Source: Eukaryota sp. GEM-RC1
Taxonomy: Eukaryota
Direction: 5' to 3'
NCBI GenBank assembly: GCA_040285855.1
Contig: JAUFOQ010000004.1
Coordinates: forward strand, 2,356,001-2,420,000
Length of the DNA: 64,000 bases
Under the pieces are notes generated by a model that had not been told where the DNA came from, did not search any database, and saw nothing but the letters and a program-made list of their open reading frames with translations. Position 1 is the first letter of the stretch; the number at the start of each line of letters is the position of its first letter. This document shows, one piece after another, positions 12,276 to 24,048 of this stretch. The position numbers and the translations under genes were made by a program.

Positions 12276-12615
12276 CAAATGCATTTATTTCACTGATTGA
12301 TCATAAACTCTGTTCTTTTTTAATACATGAGAAACTGCAAGAAATTTTGGAAAGTTGTGTTTGTAATCAAAACTAAATGAACCAGTTTGTGTCATTTAAT
12401 CAATTCTCCGCAGTGAATTGATTCACTACATGTAGTCAATTTTGCACAATAGCTACACTTCAGGGAAAAGTGTAACATGTACTTTCTTGTCTTTAAGTTC
12501 ATCGTAGAACAGCATTTTGGACTTGATTTTCATTTTACGACATTGCAGTTGATTTTGAGACTGTTGATTAGGGAAAAAAAGAGTTGATGATCAGTCAGTG
12601 AAATAAATGCATTTG
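12276..12615. mobile_element. Short element bounded by ~35 bp inverted repeats (MITE-like)
   Basis: CAAATGCATTTATTTCACTGATTGATCATAAACTC (12276-12310) vs GAGTTGATGATCAGTCAGTGAAATAAATGCATTTG (12581-12615), 2 mismatches. No clear TSD. Confidence 0.6.
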
Positions 12616-12744
12616 CAGAAGTTAATAACTAACAGACACTAACTAAAGTATCTAAACTATGATCCTTCTGTCCATCACCGAACAACTTACCTAAAATTGA
12701 ATTAAAATATCTGTGCATTGAACGAAACAACGCAAACGTTAACA

Positions 12745-13023
12745 TACTCAACCAAAAATTTTCAATGAAAACTTTACCATACTCAGAACACAATTTACCA
12801 AAGGAAGTTAAAAAACTTGTGCAGCTGGTCCAATATTACCGTATATCAACATCGCAAAAGGTTGAAACACAAAAGAATTATACCTGTCAACATTCAATTG
12901 GTTAATTAAGTGACAGTACTTCGTATTTTTTCCTTTTTCAGCCACTTCAAGAGCAGAAAAATCATCATCAAAAATTTTGGAAATTGATCTTGAATTACAA
13001 GGATCAACAGTCGTGAAATCCAT
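12745..13023 (-). mobile_element. CRE-like retrotransposon endonuclease-region remnant
   Basis: DFTTVDPC..AEKGKNTKY..FVFQPFAMLIYGNIGP, homologous to the C-termini of families B/C/E. Confidence 0.8.
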
Positions 13024-13688
13024 GGATTAGGGATGGTAGAAAAACGAATGGTTTTGGTTAAACCAATGGTTTGGTTTTAAAAGACAGATCCATCATGGTT
13101 TAGGTTATGGTCTTCTTCCAACTGGAAAGACCAGTACCAAACCAGAACCATCATTACTGGAGCAATTTTGGACTGATGTCGTCTTATTGTTATTTGTAGT
13201 TGGACTTGTATATCATTTTTTAGAGGTCCTTCAGTTGACATCGTCAAGATTAATTGATATTGAACGAATTGTGGGCAATCCTCAAATACTGATATCATTT
13301 TGAGAGCTACAAAAGATCAACTTAGTGGTGCTGTGATCCCAAATTTATCATAATGTGAACTTTATATTGATTTTCTAAATCGTCAAAGACCCAATCATTT
13401 GCCTTATCTTTATAGATACTTTGACTGTTGTTGTATTAAAGAGTTTTTGAGTGTGTTGGACCATTGAAGACCAGGAGACTTATTCAAAGAGCAGATTAGG
13501 TTTTAAGTCAGGTTTAGGTTTTGAATAAGCTATTGGGGTGTAACTCCATCATGAGAATAGAGTAATGTGTTTAACAGTTTGTTGTAATATTTTCAGAATA
13601 TATGTATTGTATTGTTTGGAGGTGAGACTGAGACAATGAAATCAATTTCCCAACATGCTAATTGGTCTTTTATGTGAATCAGTCTGAG

Positions 13689-14038
13689 TAGAGCACTTAA
13701 TAAAATAATTGCAATATATTGTGAAAATTCATGTTGCTGCAATACTGCACTGTAATATTGTTCAACGGCAAATTTGCTGCTTAAGTGCTACATTACTGTT
13801 ATTTTATACACTGGTATTTACAACAATCGCCAATTTTATAATTTATGCTTTGAATACACCACACTACTACTAGATCATGATAAAAAACAACAACAAAAAC
13901 GGTTTCACTAATTTGCTGAGTATTGCTTACAATAATTGCAATAACGAAACAACATGCAATACCTTACTGCAATATTCCAAGCAGTTGCAATACTGTATTG
14001 CAATAATTGCAAAATGCAACAATTTTTGAAGAGTCCTG
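13689..14038. mobile_element. hAT-like non-autonomous element
   Basis: Direct repeat AGTCTGAG at 13681-13688 and 14039-14046; ends TAG../..CTG with imperfect TIRs; many internal TGCAATA/TATTGCA repeats. Confidence 0.65.
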
Positions 14039-14396
14039 AGTCTGAGTGAGAAAAAATACCATGAACAGTGCAACACTTCGAAATTTCATAAACAAAGAAT
14101 GAAAGTGCTCAGCGGACAAGTATAATGCTCCGAGAGCGGTTTACTTCGACAGGAAGATTTTCACACATCACATGCTGATGTAGTAAACAAACAAAAAGAG
14201 CAGGAGCCACAGAATCTGAACCACCATATGTGTGAGACTCTTTTGAGGAAGACCACGGATCAGTTGTATAGCTGTACATATGACATTGTCATATTCTTGA
14301 TCGGTCAGAAAAGCATGTCAAATTGCAAAAAAATGAGCAAAGAGTCATTGTCTCGTGTTTGTATGTAAAGTTGAAGAACGTAATGATATAAAGATA

Positions 14397-14469
14397 CTCC
14401 TTCGGTGGGGATCGAACCCACGATCGCCGGGTTAGAAATCCGGTGCGATTCCAACTTCGCCACGAAGGA
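14397..14469 (-). tRNA. tRNA-Arg(UCU), intronless
   Basis: TCCTTCG-TG-GCGA-AGTTGGAA-TCGC-A-CCGGA-TT[TCT]AA-CCCGG-CGATC-GTGGG-TTCGATC-CCCAC-CGAAGGA-G. Full cloverleaf with Arg identity elements A20, C35 and G73; A31-C39 mismatch. Confidence 0.92.
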
Positions 14470-14548
14470 TAACAGTGCGAAGGAACGTCACTGTACAGAG
14501 AATGTAAGTCCAATTATAAGAAGGGAAACTTATAGTTAAGGAATTAAA

Positions 14549-15015
14549 TTAGACGGTTTTTATAGAACAAAAACACTAAAACAAACACAAATACTAGAAC
14601 TCAATATCATTAAAGCAACAATCATCGCCATTAAAACTCACATCAGCTTTTTTCTTCATAAAAAACACTGAGAGCTAATAGAGCTTTTGAAATCATGATG
14701 GGAATTGTTTTAAATATTGTAAAAACAATACGATTCAACCAAAATTTGAAATGGAATTTTCTTGTTCATTCTTTTTTTGACCACTTTCTCAAAATCAGAG
14801 AGAAAACAAAGAGCATCTCTACCAAGTCGACCATAAATTGAAATTGCAAAAGGACAAAATTTGTACTCAACGTGTCTAATATGTTTGAGAGCAGTCAATG
14901 GTTCATCATATTTGTTTCTCTTGTATTGTTCTGAAGAATTCAGTGGAGAAACTTCATTTTTAGCATCCTTGAATGCACTTTTTTGCAAACATCCACAGAA
15001 ATCAGTTAAGGAATC
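14549..15015 (-). mobile_element. Family A CRE-like retrotransposon, 5'-truncated insertion with 15-bp TSD
   Basis: Matches the family A 3' end (KSAFKDAKNEVSPLNSSEQYKRNKY..CPFAISIYGRLG). Flanked by AGTTAAGGAATTAAA at 14534-14548 and 15016-15030, with an extra partial copy at 15004-15014. Confidence 0.88.
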
Positions 15016-15642
15016 AGTTAAGGAATTAAAAGAATAGGATGATAATCATAATGATTTAGTAATTGTAACGTTATCACGATTGTTAGACTACTTGACCGTT
15101 TTTCTTCCTCTTTTTATCGTTTTCCTATATATAAAGCAAAACTATATATTCAAGTACCTTAACCACGAGCTAGACAAGGAAGGAACTAGAAGGAACTCAA
15201 ACGTTAGTGGTTGATGAAGCTGATGCGATCCTGACTGATCGATGCACTTTTGTTTCCAGTTACTAGTGCTATCAAAGTATTCTGTAGGAAAAGCATCCCC
15301 ACAAATGCAAGCAATCACAAAGAACAAAGTCGACAATTGTCTTCAAATTGTTTTGGGCGAATGATGATGTCAGTTCATGTAAGCAAGCGTCTCACCACAC
15401 AAACACATTATGAGACATTTTACTACGGACTTAACAAAGGATTTTTCGAAATCAACCGCTCACAATGAGTCCGTGCACAACCAGTCCTTACACATTCTGT
15501 TGAGCTCTGTGAAAAAAGAAAATCTGGAGTGATCAACTAGAAGGTGCTTTCAAAACACTGAGCTCAAACGCCACTAAGAACTATTATAAAACAAAGGTAA
15601 GGGAGTGGGAAGAAACACTGACTATCAAGGCCATAATCTCCA

Positions 15643-18600
15643 ATGTTGTTTCCTCAATGTTTCCATGGCGAATTGATCCTGAAAAATGTAGACGTCACTG
15701 TTTTAAGTTCACATCCAGATTTATTTGTATACTATAATTGGTATATGTCATCCAATCAAATTGATTTGACAGGTCGACATGATCTCAATGCAATCACAAT
15801 CAAAGGACCTGAATGGAAACGTGATGAATCGGGAGGTTATTTGGATGTCCAGACTATTGATACCCTTCATATTCCAAACCTTATGGGAGAATATGGATGG
15901 AGACCCGCTACTTTCTCTATTTGGTTCTATCTTGAATCAGGAGGAATGGGATTTGGGTGGGATCAGTGCCCTTGTCAATTTCATTTTCGCACAACAGTGG
16001 TCGCCTGGGGTTGTTCTTGGCCTAATAGAGCTCTGCCACGTGATGATTGGATTCATTTAGTAATCACAATGGATCAGAACTCTCACCGTATCTATATTGA
16101 TGGAGCTCACATGATTGGGTGGGATTATTTCACAAATGATCCCTATCAGTGTTCCAATGATCCTGTATCTTTCTTTTCACTTTCAGGAATCTCTGGAACA
16201 ACTCAACCTTTTAAAGGAAAAATCCGTGCAGTGCAGATTTTTACCAAGACATTAACAGAAACTGAAATTGGTGAATTAGATTATACTCGTGTTGTTGGAA
16301 TTTTTGGTGAAGGTAAACTTTCTCTAATTAATTCAGAACTTAGGTTGAAGTCATCTCGATTTCGCTTGAGATCGATTTCTCTAACTTCATCAGTTCTTGA
16401 ATCAAATGACGTTACTTTCGATGAATTACAATCACTACAACTCTACAACGACTCGTTAGTGAGCTTTACTGAGAACACTATGATACTTTCTGAGCAAATT
16501 TCTATTATTTTGAATTCAAGTGAGCTGTATTATGATGGTTCATTAGAAGTTTCGTTACCATCACTTAATCTGATTGCAATCAACAGTCGTTTTCAAAGTG
16601 ATGTTGGTTTCTCTGAAATTCTAGTTTTAGATTTATCATTTTCAACCTTTGAATCGTCGACTCAAGAACAAGAAGTAATTGTGGGATTTTTTTCGTGCTC
16701 TCAGTGTCAACTTATTGGAAACTCACAATTTGAAATTATTGAATTGTGCAAAATTAATTCTGGAAATTTCTCATCTTCTTTAGTTGTTCAACCATCAGTT
16801 GTTAATTCTTCAGTCTCTGGAGAAGTTCAATTATCTGATTCTTTTGATTTCTTCAGTCACGTGACTTTTGATGACGTGTCAGTTTCAGAATTCCAGTCTT
16901 CTGGTGGATCAATTACTTGTCATTCTGATGTTTTGATGAGAAATGATGCTACATTCTCTTCTACTTCATTTTATCCTACTTTGGATGTCATTCTTTCAGA
17001 TTCGGATGTAATTTTGAACCAAGATTTTAAATTATTAAATTTTCAAATTTTAAGTGGTTCTGGAGTCATCTTTGATACCACTTCACACTCAGGTAAAATC
17101 TTACCTTTACCTTTAATTGTGTTTGAGAGCAACCTTGTTCTTTCACTTTCTTCTACTGTTACTATTCAAATTGTTGACACCAATACTTTTACTAAGATCA
17201 TTGTTGGTTCAACTGTTTATCTAGATGGAACTTTGGAAGTAGACTTTGATCCTTTCAAGTATTGGAGTGGTCATGAGTTTCTACTAGTAGGTTCTTCTAA
17301 TCTTATTGGGGAATTTGCTTCAGTTAATAGTACGTGTTCTTCAATTTTTAAAATTCTTCACACTTCAACCTCAGTTGTAGGATCATTTGATGAGTATATT
17401 GCTCATTTAAATGAAGTCTCCTATATATCTACTACTGGTATTGATGATCCTTGTTGTGGATCTTTTAACAGTCCTTGTGCTTCTTTTAAAGGAGTTTTAG
17501 ACAGAATGGGAAGAAAAGGGAAAGTTTATTTCCATGAAGGAAGTTACTCTTTTAATCAAGGATTGGGGAAGGTAAGTTGTGTTGATTGGGAAGTCAAAAG
17601 TATTGGTCTAGGTGACGTGATGATTGAAGGAATGGGGAGACTTTATTTGAACTTTTGCATTCAAAAATCTTTATTTCAAATATTGTTTTTAACTGTCAGT
17701 CTGATATTTGTTTCTCTCTTACTAACTCTACTTTTCACATAGTTCTTTCCGATATCCTTCACGAAGCCGGTATTTCTATGTTTCTTACTGACTCTTCTGC
17801 AGTTACTATAGCTAGTTGTTATCTCGAGTCAAATGCATCTAATATCTTGAAATCTATTGATTCTAACTTAGTCCTACTGCAAGTGCATGTTACTGGATTC
17901 GTTCAGGATTCCCTTATCAATTTAGAGAATTCATATATTCAAATATTTCGGAGTCACTTTTTAAATATAGAGTCTTTTAATTTATTTGAGTTGAAACAGT
18001 CTGATATTCGATTAGTGGACTCTCTTTGTTCAAACTCGAACTTTTATAATACTCTTTTGATCTTTTCAGAGTAGAATCACTGGATATCAGCTTGATCTTG
18101 ACTTCGTTACTACTAACATTATTTACCAAATTAAATCAATGTTGTTTGAACTCAACAATTTTTCTTTTCTAACAGGCATTAGCTTCAACCAATTGTTATT
18201 ATCCGAAAGTTCTGAAGTAATTGTAACTGATCTCTTTTTAGTCGATCTGTATTCTACAAACTCTGTCATTTACGTTTCCAATTCCAACTTACTTCTGCAA
18301 AACAATCTATTCCAATCAATCACTTGTCAGTCACTAATTGAATCAGTAAATAGTCTAATTGAGTTGAATGAAGTTACTATTTCTAATGTAACTTGTAACA
18401 CGTGTTTTGATTTATTTGCTAATAACGCATTTGTTCAGTTCATGGATGTTTTCAGTACATCTGGAGACCTCTTCAAATTGTCTGAAGTTGAACTTATTGA
18501 TTTGGATATTTTAAATATTTATGATTCTCATTTGGATACTGTCATTCTTGCTACGAATGTATATTTTGAAATCAAAAATGTTTCAGTTTCCGACTCTGAC

Positions 18601-21526
18601 ATGAGACATTTTTTCAATGCGAAGAATCTTTTGGTTCATGCCACAGTTTTGACTTCAACAATTTAACACTCATTGATGTATTTACTCTAATTGATGTAGA
18701 TGTATCATTCTTCAATTTTCTTTTGTCTAACACGTCAGCAACACGTGTCTATCACGTTTCCAATTCTAAACTTGGAATTACTGACTCTTTGTTGAATGAC
18801 TTGATGATTTATGATTCTTTCCTCTTTTCGTCTGATTGTGATGTTATTATTGATTCATTCTATTGTGAAAATTCAAACTTTGAAAATTCAGTTGGATTAT
18901 TTCAGATATCTGATGGGTCTATTAATATTACAAATTTTATCGTTTCTCATTCGACTGGGTCTGTATTTCTGTTAAACAATGTAGAATCTTCACTTTTGTT
19001 GAGGTACATTTGTCTAATATACATTCTGGAACTGTTTTCCACTTTGTTCAATCAAATATTTCAATTTCAAATATCTCACTATTTTCTTCTTCCGTCAACA
19101 CTGTATTTAAAACAGATAATTCAAACTTATTGGTTGATGGTTTCTCTTCCACTGATTTAAAAAGTTCATCCGTTTTTGATGGAACATCTTCAGTATTTGA
19201 CCTTCATGACGTCATCATTTCTAATCTGACTACATCACTTGTGTTTGATGTTTTTGACATAACACTGATAATCAATTATTTTAAAATTTCAGATTCAGTT
19301 TTGACTTCAGGGTTTTTGGTTTCTGCTTCTAGTAATTCATCTTTTATGTCAGTGAACTTTGAGCTAATTAATAAGAAATTAGGTAAATCAAATGAATTTG
19401 TTCAACTTTATTTATTCGACTTAATTGGAGGATCGCTTCTTTTAGGAAACTCTACTTTTGAACAAATTTACGGTAATATGTTCTTTTGGAATCGACAGAT
19501 GTATCTTTCAAATCAGTTCATTTTTCAACTTTGTTGGGATTTACACTATTTAAAGCTTTTGATTCGAGTTTTGATTCTTCTTCAGTTGTTCTAACTCACT
19601 GCCATTCTGACTTATTTTTGTCATGTTTACTTTGCAATGGATCTATGGTTAACTTAGTAATTGAAAACTCTAATTTTACTTCACTATTCAATTTAGACTC
19701 TGTATTTATGAGTTTTAATTATACTTTAATTTCTGGAGTGAATACTTCCAGTGTTTTTGGAATTTATAATAGTAACGTTACTATACATCGTTTTGAACAA
19801 AACCAATCAAATCTTTTGAGGTACTTTATGTTTTCTGAATTTAGCTTAATACGGTTAAGTTCAATTTCTCTTGATGGTTTACGTGATCTTTTTGACCCTT
19901 TGTTTATCTTCAGTCATTCGGAATTGACAGTCAATAATCTCTTTTTGTCTAATATTCAATGTTTTGTGTTCTCTTTTAATTCTTCATTAGCCAGCATTAC
20001 CGAAATTACACTGCAAAATTCAAGTATTTCCACAGCTGTTTTTCTCTATTATTCTGACTTGGTTATTACTAACAGCTTATTTCTTTCTATTGAAGCTCAT
20101 ATATTTGCTATTGTTGAGCAGAATTCTGTCATGATCACCGAACATTCTAAATTTTCTTCAATGAATGCAAATTTTCTATTTACTGTCGCTGATGCAACAC
20201 TGTCAATTCAATCAATGTGTTTCAAAAATATCAGTTTACATTCCTTTTAATCTTAAACACATCTTCAACTTCTTTGTTGAACAATTCCTTTATTGAATTT
20301 GAGTCGTCTCAATCATTAATCAACGCGTGGAAGTCTAATGTTACAATTAATTTGATTGCGTTGAACAAAGTAGAGTTTGGAAATTTTGCTGTTTTGAACA
20401 GATCCGATTTCAAACTGGACAATTCTTGTTTAGATTTTACAGTCATGTCACTACAATCATTTTTGATTGGTCATGAAAGTACAGTTCTTCTCAGAAATTC
20501 AACGTTTAATGGAATTTCTTCATTCCGAAATGATCCATTGATTAACTTAAGTAATTCTATATTTAATGGTGATTATCTATCTTTTAAAGTACTAAATTGC
20601 TCTCTTTTTAAATTTGTTTCAACTATTGTTCACCTTTTAAATTGCTCATTTGGTTTTATTAATTCCTCTTATATTGCGAAATTTGTTGATTCTTATTTGA
20701 CCTTAAGTTCATCTCTATTTTCCAACGTAGTAATCGGTACTGACTTACCAATGATTTCCTTTGTTAATTCTTCTTCTACCATTAGTAATGTTATGTTTAC
20801 TTCTCTTACAGCTTCATCTCTTTTTGAGGGAAACTCTACTGATGTTGTATTCAATTTGTCCACATTTTTTGATACTAATTCACATTTTCTTTTTCTTTTG
20901 ATTCTAGTTCTTGTTTAATTGAGAATACCATCATGTCAAATTCTCTATGTGTGATTACATTCTTATTCGACAACTGTAAGTTCAATATTAGTAACACTGA
21001 TGTAAGTAACATAACTACTGAATCGTTTTTGATTTTAAATGATTCAACTCTTCATGTCAGTAATTTTTCAGTTCAAAACACTACAACAGAGAATGTTTTC
21101 TTTAAATTTCTGAGTACAGAAGGGACATTTCAAAACTTGACTGTTTATCATTCACAAATATTTAATTGATTTGAAATTACAGAGTCACCTATTGTGATCT
21201 TTTCCATTGATTTTGCTTCAACTAATACTTTGACTACCTTTCTATTTAAAATCTTATCCAGTACTGTGAATCTGCATGATATTAATGTAAACAAATCATC
21301 TGTTCACAACTTTTCTTTATTTAAAATAGTTAATTCTAATATAACTGTCTCGCAGTTAACTGTGAATCATTTAACTTCTTCTCTTTTAAGTTCTAATTCT
21401 TCGTTTATTGTTTTTACTGACTTGATTGTTTCCAATTCCATTGCTGATTGTCTTGTTTTAATGGATTCTTCAAAGGCAAGTTTCTCTAATATTTGGATTT
21501 CAAATATTTCTTCAGATTCTGATAAT
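15643..21526 (+). pseudogene. Partial duplicate of the giant surface-protein gene (N-terminal ~4.8 kb deleted, 3' part replaced by retroelement array)
   Basis: 15666-21526 is nearly identical to 36919-42857, and the sequence upstream to 15658 matches the sequence upstream to 32133. Lacks signal peptide and TM region. Confidence 0.88.
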
Positions 21527-22656
21527 CCTTGGCTTTGTTCGAAATTCTTCCAAAGACAACAGAAGCAAACAAACGGTAAATAGCTTCACCGACAGCAATA
21601 GGACGGATTTTCTTGTTAGGCTTAATCAGTGCAACCAAACGAGAAGCAGACAACTCTTTAGGAGGAACAACCTTCGATAACAAAACATTGTTGAAAAAGA
21701 GACATAAATCTTCAACAATAAGTGAATTTTGACGTGAAACAGATTTGAGCATATCAAAAGTAATACCTGAAGGTCCAGGAGCTTTTCCTGAAGGGAGTTT
21801 TAAAATACAACTCATCAACTCATCCACTCTAATGGGGTTTTCTTTCCAATACAAAGAAGGCATCGGCTTGACAGGACAAAAATTTTCCAATGGATGAAGA
21901 GCCTGAAGTTGAGAAACAGTGTCCTCAGAAACAGGAGCAAGATCTGATGAAAACAAGGCATTCTTAGCTGAACCATACCTACCTCGAAGAAGTTGTTGAC
22001 GTACAACTTTTTCCTTTGGTAATTTCTTTGGAGCAAACACTTTCTTAGGGCGAGTGCAGGATTGAGATTGTTTCTCAAGAAAAAACTTCCAGATGTGAAG
22101 AACATCCCAAGAACCTAGTGAAAGCACTAGAGTAAAAGACCGAAAAGCAATAGAAAAAGGAATGGAACCTTTGGGGCTGAGTTGATTTGGAATTTTCACA
22201 GGAGGTCGAAGAGTATCAACAGAGAGACAATCTCCACAAATCAAATAATTGTTTTTAATTAGGCAAGACGCCGAAACAGTTTTGCAAAAATTACATTCAT
22301 TGGACTGACCAAATTTTGTAAAAGAATTGTCAGAAAGAGGCTGGACGTTGTCTTCTGCCGTAACCTCAGAAGTGACAGCCAGATTGTCAACAACATTTGA
22401 GACTTCTGCAATGGCAGCCGATAGGGAATCAGGAATTTTAGGCAAATCAAAATTTGGACAAACTTTCTGATTTTTTCGGTGACCTAATTGACCACAAGAA
22501 GAACAGTTAGGTAGAGCTCTTTTCGAATTTGCTGAGAAGCAGGGATCGGAACTTCAGGAGAAGATTTGATGGAAGTAGAAGCAGCGTTAGACTCAGAGAA
22601 GACATCAGAAAAGAAGAAGCTAAAACCTGTTGATCAAGAGTGTTCTTTAGCAACAT
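21524..22656 (-). mobile_element. Family A element, 5' third only (3'-truncated at a rearrangement junction)
   Basis: Nearly identical to 28518-29651; encodes CSSCGQLGHRKNQKVC, KAPGPSG and RPIAVGE, then fuses to the giant-gene copy through a shared AAT. Confidence 0.9.
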
Positions 22657-24036
22657 TTACGAACAATGTAAATCGATACAAAACCGTAAACTTTTACCGT
22701 AGTATAACCGTGGAAAAGGCCTGAACGTCATTTGGTTTAAAGACCATTTATCAAGACACAAACGGCAACTATTTGTCCTGAAAGTTGAAATACATTTTCT
22801 GTATGTGATCTACAGTAACAGTTGTTGAATGAGATTGGACAATGAGATGAAGGTGATGATGGTTGAGAGGATATGCGAAGCACTCTTTAAGCTGAGTCTT
22901 TTGAAATTGGTATTTCTAGATCTTTTTGTGTAATTGATACCTTTCAAATAATTTCCGAAAGGTCACGCGATTGTTTGATGGATTAATTAATTGGAAGATT
23001 GTTCTGTTCTATCAAGGAGATGTGGTAATAATAAAACTTCCTTGATTTTCATATATGTTCATAAACTTTTTTTGGTAAACACAAGTATACAATGTTGTAA
23101 GAGACCAAATACATGTTATGTGTAAGTCTCACAAAATTGAATCATTTGTTGAACCTAGGTATTTTACTAGCCTAACCCTTGTGGCTAGTATTAGGGAAGC
23201 GCTAGTATTGGGTTAATTAGAGTATTTTAAAGATAACTGATTGAACTTAGTGAGTATCGATTCCAATTTTAGTGATCTTGTCATGATTAATATTTAATTA
23301 TACAAAACAAAAGATTTAAAGGACCCTAATACAAGCAAAGTTCCAATACAAGCATAGTAAAGGGTATGCTTGTATAGTTTTTACGGTTACTTGTATTGGT
23401 ATCCCCACGATATACTATTTTTAAAGTTTTTAGATCTTTACCCCTTTTACCATATTTTACATTGATGTACGGATTTGTGTCTGATCATTTGTTTTCATTC
23501 TAAAGTGATTTCCTTAATAATAGGAGTTAAACAAGGGGATCCTCTAGGACCCTTTTTCTTTTGTTTGGCTCTTCAATCCATTTTAGTTAAGTTTAATGAT
23601 AGATTTCCTGATACTCATATGTGTGCTTACGCTGATGATTCTTCTCTTAATGGGCCCTTAACTTCTCTTAAGGATGGTTTAAAACACTTTGTAAGTTTAT
23701 CTCAATCAATTGATTTTGAAATCGAAATCAAACTATCTAAATGTTTTCTTATTGGTAAGGGGTTTGAGGAACTTAAGTATGGTGAGCAATCAATCCGGTT
23801 TGTGGATTACAACATTGAAGCAGTCCGTTTTTTGGGTTCCTATATTGGCAATTCTTTGCAGATTGAGAGTGTGCTCAAGAATTATCTAAACAAAATCACA
23901 GTTCAATTGCAGGAGATACAAGATGTCAAAAGGATAACCACTTGGCATTTTCAGTACTTTCGGTCTGTTTTGGATCGAAAATCAATCATCTGCTCTGCTC
24001 GTGAGTTCAACTTTTTGAGAACTCAATTTTTTTAGA
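22657..24036. repeat. ~1.4 kb linker of the tandem unit (decayed TE mosaic + family C RT fragment); copies at ~29652-31030, ~58245-59620, ~62820-64000
   Basis: Four near-identical copies. Contains an RDQIHVMCKSHKIESFVEP remnant (~23100-23156), hairpins, and an RT fragment GVKQGDPLGP..CAYADD..RFLGSYIG (~23520-24036, +) closely related to the 53150 element. Confidence 0.9.
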
Positions 24037-24048
24037 GATATTTATGGA

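Noticed and set aside
13028..13560. Possible hAT-like element starting TAGGGATGG with GGTTT/AAACC repeats
   Set aside because: No convincing right TIR or TSD.
14425..14445. Possible amber-suppressor (CUA) reading of the tRNA loop TTTCTAA
   Set aside because: Stem register CCGG/CCGG centres the loop on TCT, and A20/C35/G73 match Arg identity.
15142..15640. Small Cys-rich, possibly spliced gene on the minus strand, divergent from the giant gene (also 31618-32115)
   Set aside because: Intron-like pyrimidine tracts exist, but the splice models I tried hit stops; unsupported without RNA data.
23171..23216. Telomere-like TAACCC/TTAGGG words suggesting telomere targeting as in Cnl1/MoTeR
   Set aside because: Single isolated hexamers, not tandem and not at element junctions.
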